64,000 bases of DNA from Ekhidna sp. (GTDB taxonomy: Bacteria; Bacteroidota; Bacteroidia; Cytophagales; Cyclobacteriaceae): the NCBI GenBank assembly GCA_963691765.1, contig OY829375.1. The stretch is one strand, 5' to 3'. A program made the position numbers and the translations under genes. Shown piece after piece: positions 26,750-35,437 of the stretch (its first letter is position 1; each line of letters begins with the position of its first letter). Below the pieces are notes generated by a model that ran no database searches, was not told the origin of the DNA, and was given only the letters and a program-made list of their open reading frames with translations.

Positions 26750-29220
26750 CAGATCTTAATTTCAAGGGTTAAATAAAAGTTTCTTGGCTCTGAAGGTATT
26801 ATTCCAGGCCCTGGATAACCTGTAGCTCTGCGAGTGAAATAGCTTGTGTCAAGCAAATTATTTACTCCAGTTTCAATCTTGAATTGATTAAACTTATATG
26901 AAAGTGAAAAGTCCATGATCGAATAAGCAGGGATTTCTCCAATAATTCCATTTCGATTATCAGTATCAGCAGGGATAGCTGAGTTTTCCACATCGGTAAA
27001 TTGCTCGGATATGTAAGTAAATTGAAGGCTACCAAGTAGATTTTGGTATCCAAATCTTAAACCAGTTTTTAGGTTTATAGTTGGAATAAATTCAACCTTT
27101 TTCCCTTCAACATTATTTTCATCTGAATCTAGGTATGATGATTCTGTAATTGCAGAATTAACAAACCAATTTAGTTTATGCTTCGTAGTTGAAAGTGCCA
27201 GAGTTTTAGCCAAATTCCAATCAGCAAAAAATTCAACTCCAACTATCAGTGCTGTTCCTATATTTCCTCTAACTCTGTTGGCCCGATCATCTAGAATGAT
27301 CCCAATCCTATCATCATAAAAAAGTCCATATCCTCCAACATCATAGGAAATCAATTCTCCTAATTTTCCTCTAACTCCTAAATCAAATGTAAAACCCCGC
27401 TCATCCGAAATCTCCGGGTCAATGATGAAAGTAGGGCTTGTCACTCTGATATCGCTAAACGTAACTGAGCGATAGTTTTGTGAAAGATTTGAATAGATCT
27501 CAACGTTCTCGTTTGGCTCAAAGCTTGCCCCTATTCCTAAGAGGATAAATGAGCGCTCAAAAACACGATTATCAGTAGTATCACCAAGCGGTTGAACATT
27601 ACCAACCAAATCAACTCCTTCACGATTATAAATGCCAGCACTTTCAGTTCTAATATATTCGTACCTAAAGCCTGGTGTTATAGAGAGTCTATCATTAATA
27701 AATAGAATATTCTCTCCAAAAAATGCCAAGTTTCTGTTCGGAAATGTAAAGTCAGACTGATTTATATAATTAGGATTTTCATTGGTTGCTAAGCTAAAAT
27801 TTGCGTCTGTACCTCTGCTTCCAGGACCTTGTATACTGCTATTATTCGCATCGTAATATTTTGACCCCAATAGTAAAACCGCATCGCTACCCTTAAATCG
27901 ATATCGTGTTAGGTATCTTACCTCAGCTCCCCAATTCTCAAACTTCCCTTTGATTAAATCTCGTGAAAAGAAATAGCTACCGTCAGTATCTTGCTCATCC
28001 ACTTGGGTGATTGGATTAAGGTTCAGTTCCGTAGGATCTCCTCTAAATCCAACGGCATTTCTTCCAGCGTTCAGTGCAAAGAAGTTGATACTAAGATCAC
28101 TACGCTTTGATAATTTATGGTTAAGCTTCAATGAATAGAGTTTCCAATTCACTTCAAACCAATTTCGGGAACGATTACTAAAATTAGGATCTGCTCTGAA
28201 TTGAGTATCCGTTAAACCTCCTGGCTGTTGTGCTAAATAATTGAGTGAAGTAAACTCAAAATTGATTGAGGTTTTTTCTGTGAAATTGTAATTAAAACTT
28301 CCAAAGTAGTTGGTTGATTCGAATTCAGCATTTGGTCTAAATCCATCTCCCTTTTTGTAATTGATATAGGTGTAATAAGAAAATTTACCTACTGTACCAC
28401 TCAAAGAATTGAAGGTGTTAAATAAGCCAAATGAACCAATTGATTGTCTTGCTGTAAATGCTATGGGTTCTTGAGAAGGTTGCTTCATTTTAAAATTTAT
28501 TAGGCCTCCAAACTGAGTGCCGTATTGAAGCGAAGCTGCTCCTCTCACAACCTGTATTTGACTTAATGCATCCGCAGGAGGCGTATAATAACTTTCTGGA
28601 TAACCCAAGACATCAGCACTGATGTCGTATCCATTTTGTCTCGTATTAAAATTAGAAGTTCTATTGGGGTCGAGCCCCCTTCCTCCAATATTCAGCTGCA
28701 ATCCAGCATCAATACTTTCATAGATATTTAAACCCACAACCTGAGAATAAATCTGTCTTGCATTGTTAGTGGCTGCATTTCCAACCATTTGATCAAGAAG
28801 TACCACTTCTGTCTTTTTTCCCGCATAAATAGCAGTTCCCACAACCGGTTGTAAACGGGTTAGAGCAAAAATTTCTTCACGTTTCTGGCTTATTACCACT
28901 TCGGAAAGTTCTTGCTGAAATACCCTCATTGGAATAGTAATGTTCTTGTCTCCTGAAATATCCAGCTCTTCCTCCAATGTCTGATACTCTAATGAGAGTA
29001 TTACAATTTTATGCTTACCTTCCTTTAGGTTGTTTATCTCAAAGTATCCCTTTTCGTTTGTTGAAGTCAACTGACTGCTAGTTCTATCATAGACTTCGGC
29101 GTTAGTAATTGGCTGATTACTTTCCGAATCAACTATTGTCCCTGACAAGGTATACTGTGCCAATACCTGGCATGACAGCAGAAAGAATATTATCGCTATG
29201 CTAAATGCCTTTGATTTCAT
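26749..29220 (-). CDS. TonB-dependent receptor with N-terminal carboxypeptidase-regulatory-like domain
   Basis: 823 aa with a signal peptide, a CarbopepD_reg-like domain (YTLSGTIVDSESNQPITNAEVYD), a plug and a 22-strand-type barrel. It overlaps the HTTM gene end by 20 nt. Confidence 0.9.
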   Translation of the reverse strand: MKSKAFSIAIIFFLLSCQVLAQYTLSGTIVDSESNQPITNAEVYDRTSSQLTSTNEKGYFEINNLKEGKHKIVILSLEYQTLEEELDISGDKNITIPMRVFQQELSEVVISQKREEIFALTRLQPVVGTAIYAGKKTEVVLLDQMVGNAATNNARQIYSQVVGLNIYESIDAGLQLNIGGRGLDPNRTSNFNTRQNGYDISADVLGYPESYYTPPADALSQIQVVRGAASLQYGTQFGGLINFKMKQPSQEPIAFTARQSIGSFGLFNTFNSLSGTVGKFSYYTYINYKKGDGFRPNAEFESTNYFGSFNYNFTEKTSINFEFTSLNYLAQQPGGLTDTQFRADPNFSNRSRNWFEVNWKLYSLKLNHKLSKRSDLSINFFALNAGRNAVGFRGDPTELNLNPITQVDEQDTDGSYFFSRDLIKGKFENWGAEVRYLTRYRFKGSDAVLLLGSKYYDANNSSIQGPGSRGTDANFSLATNENPNYINQSDFTFPNRNLAFFGENILFINDRLSITPGFRYEYIRTESAGIYNREGVDLVGNVQPLGDTTDNRVFERSFILLGIGASFEPNENVEIYSNLSQNYRSVTFSDIRVTSPTFIIDPEISDERGFTFDLGVRGKLGELISYDVGGYGLFYDDRIGIILDDRANRVRGNIGTALIVGVEFFADWNLAKTLALSTTKHKLNWFVNSAITESSYLDSDENNVEGKKVEFIPTINLKTGLRFGYQNLLGSLQFTYISEQFTDVENSAIPADTDNRNGIIGEIPAYSIMDFSLSYKFNQFKIETGVNNLLDTSYFTRRATGYPGPGIIPSEPRNFYLTLEIKI

Positions 29221-30544
29221 CCTTGAATGGAAGTATCCAGTTTTTGTGATTGAATGATTCCTTGCATTTGGTTAGATCAACTGTTGGATCGATATATGGT
29301 TGACTTCTTCGCCCATTAAGCGCTACATAGCTTTCAACATATACCTCAACTTCTTTCCCTTGAGTTAAAAAATGATCGCGAAGATAATGAGCATATTCCA
29401 GAATAAAGTCAGGCTGAGTTGCCATCTGCTTCTCTTGAAAAGAGGTTAGGAAATCACTATTGTCGATATAGAATGTTTCGTTATTAGTTCGATCATAAAT
29501 CTTAAAATTGGCATAGCCCGCTTTTTCAATTAACATGACTCTCCAAGAAAATCTAAAGCCTTCTTCAGTCCAAAACAATTCTTCAGGATAGGCCAAGTAT
29601 CTCCATGGCATCAGGAGTTGAATTGTTAAGAATAAGCCCACCAATTTCAACTTCCATGCTGGAGTTGACACCAGGCTTACATCCGTTTTTGTATTCTTCA
29701 AGAAACCTTTGATTGGCTTTGAAATCACAGTTATAATCTTCTCATGTAGAGTTGGATCGAAAAAAATGAGAGCGCTAACGATCATGATATATGGAAACAT
29801 CCCTATTGGGAAAAGGACTCGTGTTAGCAAATGAAATATCACAACCAATACAAAAGCTACGGTTCGTGTTCGTTTCCAAAAAAGCAAAAGCGGAATCGTT
29901 AAATCATACAATGCACCTCCCCAACTAAATGCATAAATCAGCCATTCTTGGTGCAAGAAATTGCCTAACAATGGAACATCATATTTACCTGGAAGCCATA
30001 TTTTAAGGGGCATTGCCTCAATAAGCCAATCAGAATTAAGTTTTGCCAAGCCAGCATAGAAGTAAACGATTGCTAATAGAATTTTTATGCTATCAATACT
30101 CCAAGATGGAACTGTGATTGTGTGTGCGTGTCTTGAGTCCCATGAGCAATACCTTCCTGCAGGTAGAAAAATCATTAAAAAGCCGAGAATACTGATAAAA
30201 TAGTAGTGATTCAGATAAGTGGTTTTATCCATCAGCTCGATATAAGTAAAACTCAAAAAGAAAATGATGATGGATAATTGATATCTTAATCCGACAGCCA
30301 CTGCAAGTGCTGATAATCCACATATAATGAAAATCAGATAGGTGTAATTGCCTATTGGCTGAACCCATTCGAAACCGTAGTAGGAAAAAAAGAAATTTGG
30401 TTTAACATAAAGCTTATCAATCCATCCATTTGCCCAAAAACGGATAATGCTTATAAGCATCATTAAGCCAAATAAAATACGAAAGACTGCCAGTGGGGCA
30501 GCCTTAGTTGTTTTTAGAAAATATGGTGAATTGAGGAATACCAT
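29201..30544 (-). CDS. HTTM-domain polytopic membrane protein (vitamin-K-dependent gamma-carboxylase-like fold family)
   Basis: The track start is TTG at 30547, and the ATG at 30544 overlaps the imelysin stop (TGATG). The N-terminal block is LAVFRILFGLMMLISIIRFWANGWIDKLY with multiple TM helices. Assignment to HTTM is by pattern recognition only. Confidence 0.7.
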   Translation of the reverse strand: MVFLNSPYFLKTTKAAPLAVFRILFGLMMLISIIRFWANGWIDKLYVKPNFFFSYYGFEWVQPIGNYTYLIFIICGLSALAVAVGLRYQLSIIIFFLSFTYIELMDKTTYLNHYYFISILGFLMIFLPAGRYCSWDSRHAHTITVPSWSIDSIKILLAIVYFYAGLAKLNSDWLIEAMPLKIWLPGKYDVPLLGNFLHQEWLIYAFSWGGALYDLTIPLLLFWKRTRTVAFVLVVIFHLLTRVLFPIGMFPYIMIVSALIFFDPTLHEKIITVISKPIKGFLKNTKTDVSLVSTPAWKLKLVGLFLTIQLLMPWRYLAYPEELFWTEEGFRFSWRVMLIEKAGYANFKIYDRTNNETFYIDNSDFLTSFQEKQMATQPDFILEYAHYLRDHFLTQGKEVEVYVESYVALNGRRSQPYIDPTVDLTKCKESFNHKNWILPFKDEIKGI

Positions 30545-31668
30545 CAATCCCCATCTGCATCTACAAAGTCAACGCGAATATTTAGCGCCTGAAGCATATC
30601 AACTTTAAGATAGACGACATTTTTTTGAAGCTCATCATAGGTCTCTAACATGACAGTATTATCAGTATTTACCTGATCACTAAAATTCTCAGAAAGCGTT
30701 TCTGCTTTTGCTCTTGCTACTTCTAATTGTGCATTAATCAATTCTCCTAAATCTTCACCTTCACTCACCGTATTAAGAAAATCTAAATAGCTTTTAAAAC
30801 CTTCTCCTTCGACGGGAAGATTTGAATTTGGAGATTTTCCGTTAAAGAAATCCTTCATCGCATCTAGTCCTTCCATAAAGAGATCTTTGGACCTTCCGCT
30901 GTAAAGACCTTCGACTTTATCGGCTTGCTTATCGCTCGAAAATACGCCGGCTGGAATACCAATTTTTCCAGCTCTTAAGTGCTTTTCGTAGTAGAAAATA
31001 TAATCGTTAGTCAACTTGTTCACTGAAGCAGTAGCATCAGTTCCATTATTGTTAACGAATTCATCTCTATAACCATTATTCCAATCGTCAAGAACTGTCT
31101 GGGCTAAAGTTGCTAAGCGATCTGAAAGATCTGTTAGGTAAGTGGCGTAGGGCTTATTACCTGTCTCTTGAGAATATAAATCTATGATTGCTTGATCATC
31201 TGCTTCTATTCCATACAATAGATATTCAATAGCTGGAAATCCCTGCTCGTCTTGACGATTTACAGAGGTTAAATCATAACTACCTGACTCAATCGTAGCG
31301 ACCAAGTCAGTAGTGTTTGTAGGGTAAACATTTGTGAAATTGATTAAGGTAAGTTCTTCAGCTTTACCTATTTCAAAAAGTGCAACATGCTGCCACGCAA
31401 CATTTGCATCGTACCATGCATCACGTGCGTTATTAAGTGATTCTGTAGATGGATTCGTAGAAAAAGCATCAACTGCATCACCTAAATCTGTCAATTCAGA
31501 AACATACGTTTGATATCCTGGAACAATAATATTATCAGCCCAATTTACAAGCATAGCTCCTCTGTCGAAGTTATCCCCGGATTGGCCAGGATCATCATCC
31601 GAACAAGCAACTAATAGTGAACTCAGCACAATTGCCAGACCTAGTGATAATAATCGCATCTTCTTCAT
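30544..31668 (-). CDS. imelysin-family (peptidase M75-like) lipoprotein
   Basis: 374 aa with lipobox LLVACSDD. It is all-helical and acidic, and the block DAWYDANVAWQHVALFEIG is typical of imelysin/IrpA-like proteins. Confidence 0.7.
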   Translation of the reverse strand: MKKMRLLSLGLAIVLSSLLVACSDDDPGQSGDNFDRGAMLVNWADNIIVPGYQTYVSELTDLGDAVDAFSTNPSTESLNNARDAWYDANVAWQHVALFEIGKAEELTLINFTNVYPTNTTDLVATIESGSYDLTSVNRQDEQGFPAIEYLLYGIEADDQAIIDLYSQETGNKPYATYLTDLSDRLATLAQTVLDDWNNGYRDEFVNNNGTDATASVNKLTNDYIFYYEKHLRAGKIGIPAGVFSSDKQADKVEGLYSGRSKDLFMEGLDAMKDFFNGKSPNSNLPVEGEGFKSYLDFLNTVSEGEDLGELINAQLEVARAKAETLSENFSDQVNTDNTVMLETYDELQKNVVYLKVDMLQALNIRVDFVDADGD

Positions 31669-31689
31669 TTATTGTCCATTTAATATCAA

Positions 31690-31711
31690 AAGGGGATATC
31701 TCTATCCCCTT
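31690..31711 (-). terminator. intra-operon hairpin (attenuator) between DUF4856-like and imelysin genes
   Basis: AAGGGGATA-TCTC-TATCCCCTT forms a perfect 9-bp stem, followed on the minus strand by UUGAUAUU. Confidence 0.45.
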
Positions 31712-31727
31712 CAATGTTTTAATAATT

Positions 31728-32957
31728 TTAACTTCCAGCCTGAGCTACAGTGAATTCAAACTCAGCTGCAATCTCACTTGAAAGGTTATCCAATGTTGTT
31801 GTGGTCACATCCCACAGACCATTAGTTCCACCCATCAAGTCACTGATCATATTTTCAACTTCAGATCTTGTGAAGTAGGGAAGTTCACTATTCGGTCTCC
31901 TTGTAAACTGAAGACTGTAAATGAATCCATATCCTTCAGAAAGATCATGGAATACAGAAGCATAATCTATCGTATTGGATTCCAGTCCAGCCTTACCTTG
32001 TTGTAGATAATAAACAGCTCTTACTGCAATAACTGTCGATACTTTCTCTCTGATGATTTCAGCCTGAGCGTCTCTTGTTGTATAGTCTCTTGCCACAATT
32101 GCAGCTCTTCCTAGTTTGAATGCATTAAATAAATCATCAGCAATCCCTGCAAAATCATCATCGCCTTCAACTCTCCCAATGTATTTATTCAAGAAGCTAT
32201 CGTCATCTCCTATTGTTGGATTCGGATTGGCTGTATTTGCAGATGTACCATATGCATATCCGTATGCTTCATCCCACTTATGTTCCATGTTGGTATATGT
32301 CTTTCCATCAGCCACCGTACCAGCATCGTTGTCTTCAACATTGGTACCAGCATCTAGTACTGATGTGCTTACATAATTGTTCACGATTTGGTCAACCATT
32401 AATGCGCCAATCAACCCTTTGTTGAACGCTTGATTGTACTCCAGACCTTTCTCATTTACATATCTTGTAGATCCTCCACCTGCTTCTTGGATAAAACCAG
32501 CTTGACCAGCAGCAGCTTCAGTTTCCCATTCAGGGAATACATCTGCTACTTGTGCAGAAATCCACTCATCGAAATCTTCTTTAATTGCAGTGGCATCAGT
32601 AGTATTTGCAGAAAAGAAATCAGCAGATGCCGCAGTTTTACTTCTTACACTTTTATCAGAAGCATTTAATCCGAAGCCTGTTGCATCTTCAAAATCATTA
32701 GCACCTTCTACGTGCGCATACATTGCGTCAATTGTAGCCTCACCAAGGGTATTATCCTTAAGTGCGTCAATGACTTCCTCTCCCATAAGAATTCTAGTAG
32801 TTTGACCGCTGAAAGAAACGGTGGAAGAACCATCTCGTTCGAAAGCATAAGTCTCTGGCTCATTGATGGAAATGCTTCCACCGTCATCATCTCCACAGCT
32901 GACAAGAGATATTGATAGCCCAACAAATAGGGCAAGAAATAATTTGTTCTTATTCAT
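31728..32957 (-). CDS. DUF4856-like acidic lipoprotein
   Basis: The track start is TTG at 32975, which lies inside the -7 box. The ATG at 32957 gives MNKNKLFLALFVGLSISLVSCGDDDGG (lipobox). It occupies the position that, as I recall, DUF4856 proteins hold in imelysin/HTTM clusters. Confidence 0.65.
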   Translation of the reverse strand: MNKNKLFLALFVGLSISLVSCGDDDGGSISINEPETYAFERDGSSTVSFSGQTTRILMGEEVIDALKDNTLGEATIDAMYAHVEGANDFEDATGFGLNASDKSVRSKTAASADFFSANTTDATAIKEDFDEWISAQVADVFPEWETEAAAGQAGFIQEAGGGSTRYVNEKGLEYNQAFNKGLIGALMVDQIVNNYVSTSVLDAGTNVEDNDAGTVADGKTYTNMEHKWDEAYGYAYGTSANTANPNPTIGDDDSFLNKYIGRVEGDDDFAGIADDLFNAFKLGRAAIVARDYTTRDAQAEIIREKVSTVIAVRAVYYLQQGKAGLESNTIDYASVFHDLSEGYGFIYSLQFTRRPNSELPYFTRSEVENMISDLMGGTNGLWDVTTTTLDNLSSEIAAEFEFTVAQAGS

Positions 32958-32972
32958 GATTTTATGTGTTTG

Positions 32973-32980
32973 CAAAAATA
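32973..32980 (-). promoter_or_regulatory. -7 promoter box TATTTTTG for the DUF4856 operon
   Basis: Perfect match to the Bacteroidota TAnnTTTG consensus, 15 nt upstream of the ATG at 32957. Confidence 0.5.
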
Positions 32981-32994
32981 TGTTTTGATCTTCT

Positions 32995-33013
32995 GTTTAG
33001 AATGATTCTAAAC
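32995..33013. promoter_or_regulatory. operator S3: GTTTAGAATGATTCTAAAC (perfect palindrome)
   Basis: It lies 14 nt upstream of the -7 box at 32973-32980, in the -33 region. A second -7-like CAATTTTG (33018-33025) ends 4 nt before it. Confidence 0.6.
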
Positions 33014-33072
33014 AATGCAAAATTGAATCTGGAGAAGATTCTCTGCAATCGCCATCAATAGGGAATATTTTA

Positions 33073-33109
33073 TCACTAGTTATAGTGATGAGATCACTAT
33101 AACTAGTGA
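33073..33109. repeat. perfect 17-3-17 inverted repeat TCACTAGTTATAGTGAT-GAG-ATCACTATAACTAGTGA
   Basis: It starts 11 nt downstream of the stop at 33121 (minus strand) and has no clear U-tract. It could be a terminator, an RNA stabiliser or a protein-binding site. Confidence 0.7.
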
Positions 33110-33120
33110 GTGTGATTTCA

Positions 33121-34059
33121 CTACCTGCCAGAAGCAAGCTGGGTATCACCCTTTTCCGAGAGATGCATTTGAATGACTTTACGAATTTCAGTTTTAGAAG
33201 TAGACTCACTATAATTTTCTCCTTTCATCTGATCTCCGAGTTCGAATAACCTCATAAACATGATCTTGTCATCTACCTTCATATTTAGTGAAAGCTGTTT
33301 TTTACTAGCAAAGATTTCATCCCAAATACTTCTTACGTCCGCCCAATACTTATGATTTTCATTCCACCAAGCTACAGCAGTCGAACACTGAGAGTCTTCA
33401 ACTTTAGAATATGTATTCAAACCCTTTTCGCTTGCGAGTCTTCTATCAGATTCCTCTCTCATGACTTTTTGATTGTCTTGTTCGTGAATCCAGCCAAATT
33501 CAGTGATTTCGTGCCTGTTTTTACGAACCATCACATTATAGTCGCTTCGTTTACTAAATTCTCTTCTTGGAAGTGGAGCATCTGCTTGAGATTCCCAATA
33601 GTGCTTCCCATCATAATGGACCCATGTAGCACTTCCTTCATATCGGGGACTATCATCTACTTGAAATACTTTTTGAGTCCATTGACCTTTTACTTGATTC
33701 GCTGAAAGTTGCTTGTAATTCCATGTATTGTTTTTGTCATACAAGTACACGTCTTGATTCTCAAAGAGCCAATCTTGTCTCCAGTGTTTAATTATCATCG
33801 TATCTCCAATTACTAAGAGATGTTGTAATACAATCTTATCCTTTTCATTTATCACCGGGAAAATCCATTCCAACCCACCAGAATAGTAATTATCATGATA
33901 TTCATATGATTTTTCTTCCGCAAACGTCTCTGCGAAATTGAAAGAAATTTCATAGCAGCCGCACATCCCAAGAATTGATTCAATGTCTTGTTTTTTCTTT
34001 TTCTGTGCATGGCCTAAAAGTGCGATCAAGCACAATAGTGTTGTAATTATTTGTTTCAT
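33121..34059 (-). CDS. secreted hypothetical protein (~312 aa)
   Basis: The track start is TTG at 34068. The ATG at 34059 gives MKQIITTLLCLIALLGHAQ (signal peptide). It is Trp/Tyr-rich and I recognise no family. It is the third gene after TBDR and HmuY-like. Confidence 0.6.
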   Translation of the reverse strand: MKQIITTLLCLIALLGHAQKKKKQDIESILGMCGCYEISFNFAETFAEEKSYEYHDNYYSGGLEWIFPVINEKDKIVLQHLLVIGDTMIIKHWRQDWLFENQDVYLYDKNNTWNYKQLSANQVKGQWTQKVFQVDDSPRYEGSATWVHYDGKHYWESQADAPLPRREFSKRSDYNVMVRKNRHEITEFGWIHEQDNQKVMREESDRRLASEKGLNTYSKVEDSQCSTAVAWWNENHKYWADVRSIWDEIFASKKQLSLNMKVDDKIMFMRLFELGDQMKGENYSESTSKTEIRKVIQMHLSEKGDTQLASGR

Positions 34060-34071
34060 TGCTAACAAGGT

Positions 34072-35433
34072 TTAAAGAAGTTCGATTTTAAATTCTGGAT
34101 AACCTCGTTCTCCTGATTCTGAGGACAAACGAGTGAATTTTAGCTTGTAGTTATTTCCTTCAGCATCTTTGATGATATAGTATACATCTTCATTGAGGAC
34201 TAAGCTGAAGTTTACTAAGCTTCTCCAGGTAGATCCAATAACAGAAATGTCATCCTCGACAAGTGAATTACTAGTAATGTCATCCGCAGTAAACGCATCA
34301 TATGCTACCGTAGCTTCTTCTATCATAGCAGCGCTTACATTAGATCGATTAAGGATAACATAGTCATTGTATCCAATGGCTAGAAAAGCTCCAAAATTGG
34401 CAATTCCAGAATAGGTGCCATACATAATATCCCAAGACGTCTTCGATGGCTCAACAGAGACCACTCCATCGTCCAAGTCAAAATGAATGAAATTGTAAGA
34501 TTCGTCTTTTGATATTGTTACCTCGGAATGTGTAGTTGCATTTATATCGGCATATTGTAGCGTATAGTTATCACCATCCTGAACTACCCTAACTTTTTTC
34601 CAGTCACGGCCATCTCCGTCTCTTTTTATTATGTAAACAAGATTTTCACTGTTAGTCGCTGAGATATCAAAAGCAGTTTGACTAAGATCGCCACTCTGAT
34701 GATCGATCCACTCTGTAGCCTCTGTATCAACGTAATTTGAAATATACATTTTGGCTGAAAATCCGACCGTATCAGTTTCGGAAACGTCATCAATGTCTGT
34801 TTTGTCAATAGTTCTAGCCATTACATAGGCACTGCTATTCAATATGACATTATGAGATCCAGATTCCGTATTAAACCCAATATCCCAACTATACTTATCA
34901 ACCGTATGCTGAGTGAGTTTACTAAGATCTATAAATGCTTGATTTGGAAATTCAGAACCACCTCCATCGATCTCAATAATTCCTGATTGGGCAATAAAAT
35001 TCTCCGCTACTGTTATAGTAGCTGTCGTACTGGTTCCTAGTTCGAATTCATTTGACTCAATTACGGTTATTGTAATGGTCTCATCCTGAGCAATATTCAA
35101 TGAGGAACCAGCTGAAATAGTAAGATTGACTGATTCATCACCAGTCTCATATTCCATTATAATCTCGTTATTGATTATTTCTGGATCTGTATAGAAATCT
35201 GCCTCCGTTCCGTAATTCAATGAAGTAGCAATTCCTAAAATGAGCTGTCCTGAAGTTTCAGATGGCCTAGAAAAATTGATTGCTAACTCAACTGATTCAG
35301 AAAGACCCAAATCGGAATTTGCAAAATTTAAATTGATAGGAACTGTTGTCGTGTCATCATCCCCACAAGCAGTAAAAAGCATCATAATGCTTGCTACAGC
35401 CAAGTAGATTGATCCTTTGATTAGATTTTTCAT
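34072..35433 (-). CDS. HmuY-like lipoprotein with extra N-terminal domain
   Basis: 453 aa with lipobox MLFTACGDDD. It has repeated SWDIGF / SWDIMYG motifs resembling the WDLAF repeats of HmuY-family proteins. It sits directly after a TBDR (4-nt gap). Confidence 0.5.
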   Translation of the reverse strand: MKNLIKGSIYLAVASIMMLFTACGDDDTTTVPINLNFANSDLGLSESVELAINFSRPSETSGQLILGIATSLNYGTEADFYTDPEIINNEIIMEYETGDESVNLTISAGSSLNIAQDETITITVIESNEFELGTSTTATITVAENFIAQSGIIEIDGGGSEFPNQAFIDLSKLTQHTVDKYSWDIGFNTESGSHNVILNSSAYVMARTIDKTDIDDVSETDTVGFSAKMYISNYVDTEATEWIDHQSGDLSQTAFDISATNSENLVYIIKRDGDGRDWKKVRVVQDGDNYTLQYADINATTHSEVTISKDESYNFIHFDLDDGVVSVEPSKTSWDIMYGTYSGIANFGAFLAIGYNDYVILNRSNVSAAMIEEATVAYDAFTADDITSNSLVEDDISVIGSTWRSLVNFSLVLNEDVYYIIKDAEGNNYKLKFTRLSSESGERGYPEFKIELL

Positions 35434-35437
35434 TTGT

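Noticed and set aside
32997-33209. 70-aa minus-strand ORF spanning operator S3 and the 37-nt palindrome
   Set aside because: It covers the intergenic regulatory region and overlaps the end of the 312-aa gene. The palindromes explain the open frame.
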